Origin: an uncultured Gemmatimonadaceae bacterium
Lineage (GTDB): Bacteria; Gemmatimonadota; Gemmatimonadetes; Gemmatimonadales; Gemmatimonadaceae
Reading direction: 5' to 3'
Assembly: GCA_963790305.1 (NCBI GenBank)
Contig: CAWBOC010000009.1
Location: 608,001 to 672,000 of the forward strand
DNA length: 64,000 nt
Shown in pieces: positions 1 to 13,251 of the stretch. The position numbers were made by a program, and so were the translations under genes. Each line of letters begins with the position of its first letter. Position 1 is the first letter of the stretch. The notes beneath the pieces were generated by a model, which worked only from the letters and a program-made list of their open reading frames with translations, did not search any database and was not told the DNA's origin.

Positions 1-1670
1 CAGTCTGATCGAGACCTCGCCAGGCGGCGAAGCGAACCAGGAGCGCGTCGTGCGGTTTGCGCAGCGCGTGTTCGAGGAACTCCCCGACGTGAGAGCGGTC
101 GCCTACGCCGACGCGCGCGGCATCGTGCGTGGCGTGTTCCCGCGAGATAGCTGGCCACGTCTGCGACCAGGCACGAACCTCCGCGACTCCGTGGACATCG
201 CGTCGGCCCTCGACGAAGCCCGCTTCACGCGCGACGCGGCGGCCACGCGGACGATACGGCTCCCCAGCGAGCGCGGCATCGTTCTCGTCCAGCCGGTTCT
301 GCGCGAGCGCCGCATCACCGGCTACATCGTCGGCGCGATCTCCTATCCCGGGCTGTTCGCCGATGCGTTAGGCGGCCGCCTGCTCGGCAGCTTCGCGTAC
401 CAGATTCGCGATGATTCCCTGGGGGTCATTGCGCGCTCGCCCGCCTTCAGTGATGCCTACTCGACGATCGAGCGCCGGCAAGTCCGCTTGCCGGGCTCGC
501 ATTGAATGGGTGGTCGACGTGGCGATCCCGCGCATGCACCCCATCGTGCCCCGGCTCCTCAACTGGCTGGTCGGGTCGCTGCTGCTGCTCGTGGTCGTGC
601 TCCTTGTCGTCCGGGAAGAGGCACAGTCCCGGCGCTTCGCCGAGCGCACGGAGGAGTTGGAGCTGCTCTCCCGGGACCTCCTCGACGCCAACGTACGCCT
701 CGAGGAGCGGTCTCAGCAGATCGCCGAGGCGAACCGGGCGAAAAGCAGGTTCCTCGCCAACGTTTCGCACGAGCTCCGTACACCGCTGAACGCGATCGTG
801 GGATACAACTCTCTCGCGCGCGACGACGTGTACGGTGAGCTGTCCTCGCCGTTACGCGGTGTGCATGACCGGATTGCCGCAGCCGCTGACCACCTGCTCG
901 GGCTGGTGAACGACGTGCTCGATCTCTCCAAGATCGAGGTCGGTCGCATGGCGGTGGATCCGCAGCCGGTGAACGTCGGCGCGCTGGTGGACGCCGTCGC
1001 GACCGTCATCGAGCCGATGGCGGCAGCGAAGCGACTGCACGTGGATGTGGTCGTCGGGCACGACGTCCCCGATCTGCACACCGACCCGGGCCACCTGCGC
1101 CAAATTCTGCTCAACCTCGTGGCGAACGCCGTGAAGTTCACCGAGCGCGGCACGATCACGATCGTCGCGCGGAAGCAGGACGCGGATCTCGGCGCAGGCG
1201 TCGCCATCATCGTCGAGGATACCGGAATTGGGATCGCTCGCGAGGATCAGGATCGGATCTTCCAGGAGTTCGAACAGGTGCGGCCGTCCGGACGCGGCGA
1301 TTCCCTCGAACGCGGGACAGGACTTGGATTGGCGATCGCTCGAAAGCTGGCGCGCCTGCTGGGTGGCGACGTGCACGTTCGGAGCGCGCCTGGTGCGGGC
1401 TCTCGATTCATCGTGACGCTCCCGCTGTCCTCGCCATCGGTGAGCATCGGCTCTGAGCATCTCCGGGCGCCCGAAGCAGCGAGCTCGGGCAAGGCCGAGC
1501 GATCGGCTGAGCGGCCGCAACCATCGCGGGCCTCGGGTAGTGCGACGGTCGACAGCGGTCCAGCGACGGAAGACACGCCGCCCGAGGTTCGGGCGATTCT
1601 CGATGCGTCGCTCGAGGCGAGACGCGTGAGTGGCGCACGGAAGAAGGAAGGCGACGCCGACCGGTCTTGA
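1..1670 (+). CDS. Sensor histidine kinase (extracytoplasmic sensor, TM, HisKA, HATPase); 5' end outside window; apparent frameshift near 500
   Basis: ORF 411..1670 has H-box FLANVSHELRTPLN, N-box NLVANAVKFT, and G-boxes DTGIGI and GTGLGL. ORF 50..505 in another frame reads as the sensor region and stops just before the TM segment. Confidence 0.85.
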
Positions 1671-1695
1671 CTGCCGATTTTGTGAGGGCTAGCTT
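1667..1695 (+). promoter_or_regulatory. sigma70-type promoter for tRNA cluster
   Basis: TTGACT-17 nt-TAGCTT about 90 nt upstream of the first tRNA. Confidence 0.6.
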
Positions 1696-1783
1696 TCACT
1701 GTTCACGGCGGACCGCGCCTCCGCAGTCGAGTCGCGCGACCGCCGTTGTCGTCTCCATGAGCAGTGGTGTGAGACGACGCCGT

Positions 1784-1857
1784 GCGCCCGTAGCTCAATT
1801 GGATAGAGCATCTGACTACGGATCAGAAGGTTGGGAGTTCGAGTCTCTCCGGGCGCG
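1784..1857 (+). tRNA. tRNA-Arg(ACG)
   Basis: Acceptor GCGCCCG/CGGGCGC, D arm AGCTCAATTGGATAGAGC, anticodon arm TCTGA-CTACGGA-TCAGA, T loop GTTCGAG. Confidence 0.97.
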
Positions 1858-1887
1858 CCTGATGAATCGAGCTCGTGGGTTCATCCG

Positions 1888-1965
1888 CGGGGCGTGGCGC
1901 AGCCCGGTTAGCGCGCCTGGTTCGGGACCAGGAGGTCGGTGGTTCAAATCCACTCGCCCCGACCA
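1888..1965 (+). tRNA. tRNA-Pro(CGG)
   Basis: Acceptor CGGGGCG/CGCCCCG, anticodon arm CCTGG-TTCGGGA-CCAGG, GTTCAAATC, encoded CCA. Confidence 0.97.
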
Positions 1966-2003
1966 TGGCAAGGGGAGCTCGCCCGCGAGCTCCTTTTGCG
2001 TTT

Positions 2004-2077
2004 GCGCGAGTAGCTCAGTTGGATAGAGCGTCGGCCTCCGGAGCCGAAGGTCGTGGGTTCGAGTCCCGCCTCGCGCG
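2004..2077 (+). tRNA. tRNA-Arg(CCG)
   Basis: Acceptor GCGCGAG/CTCGCGC, anticodon arm TCGGC-CTCCGGA-GCCGA, GTTCGAG. Confidence 0.97.
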
Positions 2078-2192
2078 TTGTGTTGAAGCAGGTCCCGCCG
2101 CCCAGGCTTCGCGCCTTGGGCGGCGGCGTCCTAACGGGACTCGCGCCTGACGCGCGCGACCAGTCGGCGCGACCCTTGCCCGTAACGCAGCC

Positions 2193-3191
2193 GTGACCGA
2201 CGCCTCGTCCTCCCGTACCGCGGGCCCTCCGGCATCTCCGCACCACCGCACCGGATGGCGCACGCTTCTGCCCGGCGTCATCATCGTCGCCCTCATCGCA
2301 GGATTCACGGTGGCGGTTCTGGTCTATGCGCGCGTGGGACGGCTCCATGGCGACACCTACCGACTGTTCATCCTGACGGATGCCGCGCGCGGAGTCATCC
2401 AGGGTACCGAGGTCTGGCTCGCTGGTCAGAAAGTCGGCCTGGTCAAGGAGATTCGTTTTCAGCCTCCGGGACGCGATACGCTCTCTCGACTCGCCATCGA
2501 GCTCGAGTTGCTCGAGGAAGTCCAGGAGTTGATTCGCGAGGATTCGTTCGGACAAATCCGCAGTGGTGGCAGCTTGATCGGCGCACCCGTGGTCTACATC
2601 ACGACCGGGACGGCGACGCACCCTGCGCTCGCGCACGGGGACACCGTGGCCGCCAAACCCCAGGTCGATACTGAGGGGCTCACATCGGCGGTGGCGTTGG
2701 CGGGACGTGAGCTTCCCATCGTCATACGTGAAGCGAAGCAGGTCCGCAATGACATGCAGCGCGCGACATCTCGACTGAGTGAGCTGCAGGACGACGGAGG
2801 CGTGACGCTGTCCGGCGTCGGGTCGCGCGCGGCCGGAATTACGCGACGCGCCACGCGCGGCGGGGGAGCGGTTCCCCTGCTCATGCGCGATCGTGTCATC
2901 ATGGCTCGCGTCACGAGCGCCATGCAGAGCGCGGACACGATCCGCGCCCTGCTCGCGAGCGACGCCGCGAGCTACGGTCGCTTCAAGCGCGACTCGTCGC
3001 TCGTACGCGAGATCGCGTCGGTGCGGAACGAGATGTCCATTCTCCGCGGTCTCCTCGATCAGTCGCGCGGCACCGCTGGCCGCATGGCGAACGACAAAGC
3101 GGCCACCGATGCATTGGCCAGTGTGGAGAAGGAGCTGGGGAGAACGATCGAGGACATCAAGCGCGATCCCCTTCGCTATGTGCGGTTCTGA
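2193..3191 (+). CDS. MlaD/MCE family protein
   Basis: N-terminal TM, MCE signature ARGVIQGTEVWLAGQKVGLVKEI...SLIGAPVVYITTG, helical C-terminus ending DIKRDPLRYVRF. Confidence 0.85.
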   Translation: MTDASSSRTAGPPASPHHRTGWRTLLPGVIIVALIAGFTVAVLVYARVGRLHGDTYRLFILTDAARGVIQGTEVWLAGQKVGLVKEIRFQPPGRDTLSRLAIELELLEEVQELIREDSFGQIRSGGSLIGAPVVYITTGTATHPALAHGDTVAAKPQVDTEGLTSAVALAGRELPIVIREAKQVRNDMQRATSRLSELQDDGGVTLSGVGSRAAGITRRATRGGGAVPLLMRDRVIMARVTSAMQSADTIRALLASDAASYGRFKRDSSLVREIASVRNEMSILRGLLDQSRGTAGRMANDKAATDALASVEKELGRTIEDIKRDPLRYVRF

Positions 3192-3221
3192 GGCGCGCCA
3201 CGCGGGCGTGTGTGATCCGCC

Positions 3222-3250
3222 TTGACCCTGTTTTTTGTGAGACGTATCTT
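3222..3250 (+). promoter_or_regulatory. sigma70-type promoter of rho
   Basis: TTGACC-17 nt-TATCTT followed by a C-rich leader of about 150 nt. Confidence 0.65.
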
Positions 3251-3407
3251 CTGAGGACTTCCGCGCGTCGGCTGCTCCCCACCGCGGACCTCACCCCTCG
3301 CCACCCCGACTCGCCGTTTCTGCGCGGGCGCCCTCTGGGCAGAACTTGCGCGCCGCTACCGCCGCCGCGCCTCGCCGCCCCGCTTTTCTCTCCCGGAGCA
3401 TGTCCTC

Positions 3408-4658
3408 GTGGATATCGCTGAGCTGAAGCAAAAGTCGGTGACAGAGCTCCACGAGATGGCGGAAGACCTCAACATCTCGAACTACTCCGGGCTCCGGAAG
3501 CAGGATCTCATCTTTCGCATCGAGCAGAACCTGCTCGATGCGGATGTCGTGCTTCATGGCGAGGGCGTGCTGGAGATCTTGCCCGAAGGGTATGGGTTCC
3601 TGCGCAGTCAGGACTGGAACTATCTCTACGGACCCGATGACATCTACGTCTCCCCGTCTCAGATCAAGCGATTCGATCTGCGAACGGGCGATACGGTCAT
3701 GGGACAGGTGCGCCCGCCGAAGGAGGGCGAGCGGTATCTCGCCCTGCTCAAGGTCGAGAACATCAACGGCTCGGACCCCGAGACCGCCAAGCACCGCGTC
3801 GCGTTCGACAATCTGCGGCCACGCTATCCGGATTCGCGCCTTCGCCTCGAGCCGCGAAGCGGCGACATCAACATGCGCGTCGTCGATCTGGTCACGCCGA
3901 TCGGCAAGGGGCAGCGCGGGCTCATCGTCGCGCCGCCACGCGCCGGCAAGACGATTCTCATGCAGAAGATCGCGAACTCGATCACCGAGAATCACCCGGA
4001 GGTCACGCTCATCGTGCTGCTCATCGACGAGCGGCCCGAGGAAGTGACCGACATGCAGGAGAACGTGAAGGCGGAAGTCATCAGCTCGACGTTCGACGAG
4101 CCCGCCGATCGCCACGTGCAGGTCGCGGACATGGTGATCGAGAAGGCCAAGCGGCTCGTCGAGCATGGGAAGGACGTCGTGATCCTGCTCGACTCCATCA
4201 CGCGCCTGGCGCGCGCGCACAACGTGGTGGTTCCGCATTCGGGGAAGATTCTCTCCGGCGGCGTCGACGCACACGCGCTGCACAAGCCGAAGCGATTCTT
4301 CGGCGCCGCACGGAACATCGATGAGGGCGGGTCGCTGACGATCATCGCGACGGCACTGATCGAGACCGGCTCGCGGATGGACGAGGTGATCTTCGAGGAG
4401 TTCAAGGGCACCGGAAACATGGAGCTCGTGCTCGACCGCAAGATCGCCGATCGTCGCATCTTTCCCGCCATCGACATTCAGCGCTCGGGGACACGCAAGG
4501 AAGAGCTGCTTCTCTCGACGGAGGAGCTCAATCGTGTCTACCTGCTTCGCAACTTCCTGGGCGACATGCCGCCGACGGAAGCCATCGAGTTCCTGCTCGA
4601 GCGCATGAAGCGCACGAAGAACAACAAGGAGTTCTTCGCCACGATGGCGCAAGGGTGA
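3408..4658 (+). CDS. rho: Transcription termination factor Rho
   Basis: [54 protein letters not shown]. Confidence 0.99.
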   Translation: MDIAELKQKSVTELHEMAEDLNISNYSGLRKQDLIFRIEQNLLDADVVLHGEGVLEILPEGYGFLRSQDWNYLYGPDDIYVSPSQIKRFDLRTGDTVMGQVRPPKEGERYLALLKVENINGSDPETAKHRVAFDNLRPRYPDSRLRLEPRSGDINMRVVDLVTPIGKGQRGLIVAPPRAGKTILMQKIANSITENHPEVTLIVLLIDERPEEVTDMQENVKAEVISSTFDEPADRHVQVADMVIEKAKRLVEHGKDVVILLDSITRLARAHNVVVPHSGKILSGGVDAHALHKPKRFFGAARNIDEGGSLTIIATALIETGSRMDEVIFEEFKGTGNMELVLDRKIADRRIFPAIDIQRSGTRKEELLLSTEELNRVYLLRNFLGDMPPTEAIEFLLERMKRTKNNKEFFATMAQG

Positions 4659-5110
4659 CGACCGCGATCGGAGAGCCGGTGACGACAGATCCAGGGCGTG
4701 TGCTCGCGATCGATTATGGGGAGCGTCGCATTGGGTTGGCGGTGAGCGATCCTACGCGGACGATCGCGTCGCCGGCAGGATTCGTGACGCGACGCGCCGG
4801 AAAGCGCCCGCCAGTCGCCGAGCTCGTACGGCAGGCGCAGACGCTCGAAGCCACGGCGCTCGTGCTCGGCCTCCCGCTCGATGACGAGGGCAATGAAACG
4901 CCGCGCAGTGAGGAGGTCCGCCGCGTCGCGTCGGAGCTCGAGCGTCGCATGGGATTGCCGGTCACACTCGTGGACGAGCGCTACACGACCGCGGCCGCGC
5001 TCCGCGCCATTCGAGAGATGGACGGATCGACCCGGGGGCGTCGCGGCGACGTCGATGCCTTGGCCGCGGCCATTCTGTTGCAGCATGCGCTGGCGACGCT
5101 GCCGCGCTGA
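4655..5110 (+). CDS. ruvX: YqgF/RuvX pre-16S rRNA nuclease
   Basis: [38 protein letters not shown]. Confidence 0.95.
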   Translation: MTTAIGEPVTTDPGRVLAIDYGERRIGLAVSDPTRTIASPAGFVTRRAGKRPPVAELVRQAQTLEATALVLGLPLDDEGNETPRSEEVRRVASELERRMGLPVTLVDERYTTAAALRAIREMDGSTRGRRGDVDALAAAILLQHALATLPR

Positions 5111-6128
5111 TCGCCGCTCCGGCCCTCGGGCGGTGGCGTTCGGCATGGCCGTCGGCCTGCTGCTCGCGTGCGGGGACGAGGGAGCACCGGTGCGCCGCGT
5201 CACCATCCCGCAGGGCTCCAGCTTCGCGGCCGCCGCCGACTCGCTGGAAAGTGCGGGCGTGCTGGGGACGCCGCGTCTCTTCCGCATCTACGCCAGCGTC
5301 ACCGGACGCGACCGGGACATCAAGGCAGGGACGTATCTCCTCGAGCCCGGCCTCTCGTGGAACGAGCTCATCCAGGCGCTATCGGCGGGCCGCGGGATCG
5401 AGCAGAACATTACGGTGCCCGAAGGGCTGCCACTCCGGGACATTGTCCCGCTGCTGGGGCGGAGCATCGGAGCGCCCGTCGAGTCGCTGTGGATGGCCGT
5501 GCGCGACTCGGCGACGCGACGACGACTGGGAGTGCCTACCCCCGATCTCGAGGGCTACCTGTTCCCCGACACCTATCGCTTCATGTACGGCACGTCCGCT
5601 CGTGAGGCGGTGCGAGAGATGGTTCGGCGATTCGAGGATGTCTGGGAGCCAGGCTGGGATGCGCGCGTCGGGGAAATGGGGATGACGCGCCACGCCGTGA
5701 TCACCCTCGCGTCGATCGTCGAGAAGGAAGCGCGCCTCGCGGAAGAGCGGCCGGTCATCGCCGCCGTCTATCACAATCGACTGCGTCAGGGGATGCCGTT
5801 GCAAGCCGATCCCACGATCCAGTACGCCATCGGCGAGCACCGCACCCGGGTGCTGTACCGCGACCTCAAGATCGACTCGCCGTACAACACCTATCGCAAT
5901 CGGGGACTGCCACCCGGGCCTATCGCGTCGCCGGGGCGGGCGAGCATCGAGGCGGCACTGTTCCCGGCCAACGTCCCCTATCGCTACTTCGTGGCGCATC
6001 CGGATGGGCACCACGAATTCCGGGTGACGTTCGAGGAGCACACGGCCGCGCGGCGGCTCGTGCAGCGACGCCCTTCGAGTGCTCGCGGGCGGAGCACCCG
6101 CGGCAGCTCGGCGACGCGCCCCCGTTAG
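5085..6128 (+). CDS. mltG: Endolytic transglycosylase MltG (start approximate)
   Basis: LEGYLFPDTY, LASIVEKEA, LQADPT, SPYNTY, GLPPGPIASPG; follows ruvX. Confidence 0.95.
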   Translation: MRWRRCRADRRSGPRAVAFGMAVGLLLACGDEGAPVRRVTIPQGSSFAAAADSLESAGVLGTPRLFRIYASVTGRDRDIKAGTYLLEPGLSWNELIQALSAGRGIEQNITVPEGLPLRDIVPLLGRSIGAPVESLWMAVRDSATRRRLGVPTPDLEGYLFPDTYRFMYGTSAREAVREMVRRFEDVWEPGWDARVGEMGMTRHAVITLASIVEKEARLAEERPVIAAVYHNRLRQGMPLQADPTIQYAIGEHRTRVLYRDLKIDSPYNTYRNRGLPPGPIASPGRASIEAALFPANVPYRYFVAHPDGHHEFRVTFEEHTAARRLVQRRPSSARGRSTRGSSATRPR

Positions 6129-6526
6129 GCAGTCGGCTCCCCGGTCGGCCCGTCTGCCCATTCGGGACGCAGCCCACGCGCTCCCCGCAAATAGACGTGC
6201 CGCAGGTGCTTCCTCGGCGTGGACGTTTCCACGTGCAGCAGCACGCGAACGCACCGCGCGATCGCGCCCGGGACCGGGATCTCCATCGTGCAGAGGAGTG
6301 CGACGTCGGTCCAGCCGAGCTCGCGCGCGGCATGCGCCGGGAACGCGCTGCGAAGGTCGGGGGTCACCGTGAAGAGCGCGCTGATGATGTCGGCGGTGGT
6401 GAGATCGTTCAGCGCGACCATGCGTCGAAGCAGCTCGGCCGTCGCGGCACGAATGGCCGAGGCGTCGTCTTCGTCGACCGTGGTCGCTCCGCGAATCGCC
6501 CCGAATGTCGTTCGTGGGGCACGCGA
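6125..6526 (-). CDS. aroH: AroH-class chorismate mutase (start codon unresolved)
   Basis: Upstream of the listed ORF the same frame reads GAIRGATTVDEDD; also SALFTVTPDL, FPAHAAR, HVYLRGARGLRPE. Confidence 0.9.
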   Translation of the reverse strand, partial: SRAPRTTFGAIRGATTVDEDDASAIRAATAELLRRMVALNDLTTADIISALFTVTPDLRSAFPAHAARELGWTDVALLCTMEIPVPGAIARCVRVLLHVETSTPRKHLRHVYLRGARGLRPEWADGPTGEPTA

Positions 6527-7342
6527 TCAGGGAGGAGACGCCGCCGGGCCGGCGCGCCACCGGAACTTCACGTCAGGCACCTTGGCTTCCTCGCGGTGCC
6601 GCCGCTCGTCGCGCTGCGGCGGGTGCGTGCGCCAGCTGCGGCTCGCGATGCGCCGAACGCGGGTGAGCACCTTGGGCTCCAAAAAGATCGCGACCAGGAT
6701 GGGATCGAACTGCGTGCCGCTTCCCTCGGCCAGCGCGCGCACTGCGTCGTCGAGCCGGTGTGCGGGGCGGTAGCGGCGACTGTGGGTGATCGCATCGAAG
6801 GTGTCGGCGATGGCGACGACACGCGCCTGAATCGGGATGTCCTCCGCGACGAGCCCGTGTGGATACCCTGATCCATCCCAGCGCTCGTGGTGGGCGATCA
6901 CACCGTCACACAGGTCAGGGTAAAAGTACGACAAGGGATTCAACACATCGGCCCCGCGTTCCGGGTGGGTCGCAATGAGGCGGCGCTCCTCCGGAGTTAC
7001 GTCGTCCTCGTCATCGTGCATGATGTCGAAGAGGGCTTCGTGGATCTTACCGATGTCGTGAAAGAGTGCGACGCGCTCGATGCTGCGAACGGTCGCTTCA
7101 TCAAGCCGGGCGGCACGAGCGAGCGTCATGCTGTAGGCCGCGACGCGACGCACGTGCGCGCCCGTGAGGGCGTCGTTGGCGTCGATGGCGTTGAGCAGTG
7201 TCTCGAGCGCCGCCGCGGCGAGGCGCGCGGACCGTCGCCACTCGCGGTGCTGTCGAACGAGGAGAGCCCCAACGCCGGCGCCGAGGGTGAGGAGCATGGG
7301 CCGTCGCACATCGTGGAGCGGGGCAAGAACAGGACCGAGCAC
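6527..7342 (-). CDS. HD-GYP domain phosphodiesterase with N-terminal hydrophobic segment
   Basis: TGAHVRRV, FHDIGK, HHERWDGSGYP, IADTFDAIT, GTQFDP. Confidence 0.92.
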   Translation of the reverse strand: MLGPVLAPLHDVRRPMLLTLGAGVGALLVRQHREWRRSARLAAAALETLLNAIDANDALTGAHVRRVAAYSMTLARAARLDEATVRSIERVALFHDIGKIHEALFDIMHDDEDDVTPEERRLIATHPERGADVLNPLSYFYPDLCDGVIAHHERWDGSGYPHGLVAEDIPIQARVVAIADTFDAITHSRRYRPAHRLDDAVRALAEGSGTQFDPILVAIFLEPKVLTRVRRIASRSWRTHPPQRDERRHREEAKVPDVKFRWRAGPAASPP

Positions 7343-7389
7343 TTCCGAGAGGTCCTCGAGACCTCAGATGACATCCAGGGGCAACTTCT

Positions 7390-7497
7390 GAAGACGTCAG
7401 GGGTCAGACGTCAGGGGTCAGGAGGCAGGAACGTCAACCGCGGGCGTTGTTGAAGTGTCTGACCGCTGACGTCTGACGTCTGATCCCTGACGTCTTC
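7390..7497. repeat. Palindrome of 7-nt tandem repeats (TCAGACG/TCAGGGG type)
   Basis: Left arm gaagacg-tcagggg-tcagacg-tcagggg-tcaggag; right arm tctgacc-gctgacg-tctgacg-tctgatc-cctgacg-tcttc. Confidence 0.85.
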
Positions 7498-7544
7498 GGC
7501 CGTGGTCCCTGCCGTTTTCGCTTTTCGGACTCGAGAGAAAGACA

Positions 7545-7578
7545 AGAACCCCGAGAGACATTGTCTCTCGGGGTTCTC
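7545..7578 (-). terminator. Intrinsic terminator of 23S-5S transcript
   Basis: Hairpin AGAACCCCGAGAGACA-T-TGTCTCTCGGGGTTCT just past the 5S 3' end, with a pyrimidine-rich tail on the minus strand. Confidence 0.8.
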
Positions 7579-7585
7579 AGGGAGA

Positions 7586-7702
7586 TGCCGGCGGCGGCCT
7601 ACTCTCCCGCGATCTCTCGATCGGAGTACCATCGGCGCTGCAGGGCTTAACGACCGTGTTCGGGATGGGAACGGGTGTGGCCCCTGCGCTCCAGCCGCCA
7701 GC
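7586..7702 (-). rRNA. rrf: 5S rRNA
   Basis: Plus strand CCTACTCTCCC...AGTACCATCGGCGC...GTGTTCGGGATGGGAACGGGTG is the reverse complement of conserved 5S motifs. Confidence 0.97.
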
Positions 7703-7825
7703 GATTCGAAATCGTTCTTCCTACTAAACTGGCAAGTGAGTGATCGAGTAGTGTCGGGTCACGAGAGCCATGCGGCTCTCGTATTCGAAGCGATTGCTCT
7801 GCTTGGTGAGGCTGACTACGGGTGG

Positions 7826-10870
<3,045 letters not shown>

Positions 10871-11057
10871 CCTCTTCGAGATATCCAAGCAGAGCACGCG
10901 CATCGAATGTGCAATCACATCATCAAGTCATCGAACGCCGCGTCCCTCGCGGGAAACGTCGCTCGCACTCGATGAGAATTCACATCCCAACGATCTACTC
11001 GATCATCACTTGTCAAACAGCGGCCGCGCAAAAAAAACCCGCGCGGACAAGACTCGA

Positions 11058-11086
11058 ATTTTAGCCGATTGAAGGGAGTCAGTCAA
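11058..11086 (-). promoter_or_regulatory. sigma70 promoter of the 23S-5S unit
   Basis: Minus strand TTGACT-17 nt-TAAAAT about 190 nt upstream of 23S; boxA-like GCTGTTTGACAAG near 11008-11021. Confidence 0.8.
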
Positions 11087-11190
11087 CGCGCGCATCGCGC
11101 GCACGCATGACGCCGCCACTCCAAAAGGGCGCGAAGAATACACAGCCCGACACCGCATTTCAAGTGGGTGTTAAACCACCGATCTCGCCC

Positions 11191-12358
11191 GTGCCTCCAA
11201 TCGCCCTGGTCTCTCCGAAAGGCGCTCGTCAATGGGCGAACGGCCACCCGTGGATCTATCGCAGTGACGTCGTCAGACGTCCCGACTCGGACGCGGGCGC
11301 CGCACTGGTGCGAGAATGGCGCCGGGGCTCCACTCGGCTGGGCGCTGTGGAGTCCGCGCTCGGAAATCTCACTGCGTCTCCTCGACCGATCGCCAAACGC
11401 CCAGATCGACATCGCGTGGTGGCGCCGGCGCCTGGAGCACGCGATCGCGCGACGAGCCCCGCTCGACGATGTCGCGTCGGCGTTCCGGCTGGTGCACGGC
11501 GAAGCGGATGGTTGTCCCTCGCTGATCTGCGACCGCTACGATCAATGGCTGGTCGTTCAACTGCTGAGCGCGGGGCTCGAACGATTCCGGGATGACATCG
11601 TCCAGTCGTTGATCGAGCTCGTCGATCCTCAGGGAATCCTTGCGCGCAACGACGTTCCCGTGCGCGCGAAGGAGGGCCTCCCGCGCGAAACGGCGGTGCT
11701 CTTCGGCGATGTCCCGCGGGAGATCGAGGTGACGGAATACGGCCTCCGCTATCTCGCGGCGCCGTGGGATGGTCAGAAGACTGGCGCCTTCCTCGACCAG
11801 CGCGAAAATCGCGCGCTCGCGGGCGCTGTCGCGCGCGGACGAGCGCTCGACTGCTTCAGCTACCACGGGTCGTTCGCACTTCACCTGGCTCGGCAGGCTA
11901 CCACAGTCATCGCGCTGGACGCCTCGGCGCCCGCGCTCGCGCGTGCACGTGACAATGCCGCGCGCAACGACCTTCACAACATCGAGTTCGTCGAGGCGGA
12001 TGCGTTCGAGTGGCTTCGGGCCGCCGAGCGACGGCGCGACCGGTTCGACACCATCGTGCTCGATCCGCCGGCGTTCGCCAAGACGCGCGATGCCCTTCCC
12101 TCCGCGCTCCGCGGCTACAAGGAGATCAACCTGCGGGCAATGCGACTTCTCGCGACGGGTGGGACACTCTTCACCGCGAGCTGCAGCTACCATCTGACCA
12201 AAGCGCTTTTTCTCGAGGTGCTCGAAGCGGCCGCCGCTGACAGTGGGAGGCGCATCGCGATGCGCGAGCTTCGCGGGCAACCGCTCGATCATCCAGAAGT
12301 GCTGACGATTCCGGAGAGCGGCTACATCAAGGGCGCTTTGCTGGAAGCGCTGGATTGA
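11191..12358 (+). CDS. rlmI: RlmI-like SAM-dependent rRNA methyltransferase (frameshift near 11310)
   Basis: PUA start GHPWIYRSDV in one frame; RLVHGEADG, GQKTGAFLDQREN, IVLDPPAF, TASCS and DHP in the next. Confidence 0.88.
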
Positions 12359-13133
12359 CCTGGCAGCCCGGACACCAGTACGTCGATCGAGCAGCCTGGA
12401 TGATGCGCGCGATGGACGTCCCGCACCGTGTACAGCGCTTTCCCTCGCGATCGTACACGTTCAGCCGTGCGGACCCGGTCGTCGTGTAGCGCCCAGATCC
12501 GTCGCGACCCCGGGAGAGCACGCGTTGAATCGCCCGCACGAGTCGCGCGACGTCGCGAGCACCGAGCTTCGACGCGGGAACCCGCGGGTCAATGCGTGCG
12601 AGCCAGAGCGCTTCAGCCGCGTAGATGTTACCGATACCAGCGACGACGCTCTGGTCGAGCAGCGCCGGCTTGATCGCGATGCGCCGGCGCGCGAGCACGG
12701 CGAGAAGATGCGCATCATCGAACTGAGCGCTCACCGCGTCAGGACCGAGCATCGTGGCGAGCGAAACGCCCGGCTCGAGGACCTCCACCGTCGACAGTGC
12801 GCGCGGGTCCGCGAGCACGATGCGCGAGCCGTTCTCGAGCTCGAGGACGAATCGCGCGAACCGCGGAAGCTCGTCTTCGCTTCGACTGACGACCCAGTCA
12901 CCGGTCATGCGAAAGTGCACGTGCAGCATGGAGCCATCGTCGAGCACCGCGAGCTGATGCTTACCGCGCCGCTCCACGCGGGCGATCGACCGTCCCGCGA
13001 GGCGTCGCAGGCTCGCTTTCCGAAGGTTCCGCCCGACGTAGGGATGGAGGACCTTCGCGCGGACGATGCGCGCCCCGGACGTCGCGCGTGCAAGTGCGCG
13101 CGCGGCATACTCGACTTCAGGAAGCTCAGGCAC
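12327..13133 (-). CDS. mutM: Formamidopyrimidine-DNA glycosylase
   Basis: PELPEVE N-terminus, RRGKH, HFRMTG, GIGNIYAAEAL, zinc finger CTRC...CPGCQ. Confidence 0.97.
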   Translation of the reverse strand: MPELPEVEYAARALARATSGARIVRAKVLHPYVGRNLRKASLRRLAGRSIARVERRGKHQLAVLDDGSMLHVHFRMTGDWVVSRSEDELPRFARFVLELENGSRIVLADPRALSTVEVLEPGVSLATMLGPDAVSAQFDDAHLLAVLARRRIAIKPALLDQSVVAGIGNIYAAEALWLARIDPRVPASKLGARDVARLVRAIQRVLSRGRDGSGRYTTTGSARLNVYDREGKRCTRCGTSIARIIQAARSTYWCPGCQVNPALPAKRP

Positions 13134-13140
13134 GACCGGC

Positions 13141-13169
13141 AACGTACTCCCGGGGGAGTACGCACTCAA
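13141..13169 (-). promoter_or_regulatory. mutM promoter overlapped by a perfect inverted repeat
   Basis: Minus strand TTGAGT-17 nt-TACGTT ending 7 nt before the GTG; palindrome CGTACTCCC-GG-GGGAGTACG at 13143-13162. Confidence 0.6.
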
Positions 13170-13251
13170 GCGCCCGCGATTGACAGCGCCGGCCGGCCCC
13201 GGCGAGTATGAGCGCGTGCTGAAGCCCCCTCGCTCGACGGAAACGCCCCCA

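Noticed and set aside
1784..2190. Integrative element at the tRNA cluster
   Set aside because: No integrase and no duplicated tRNA 3' end noticed; flanks are housekeeping genes.
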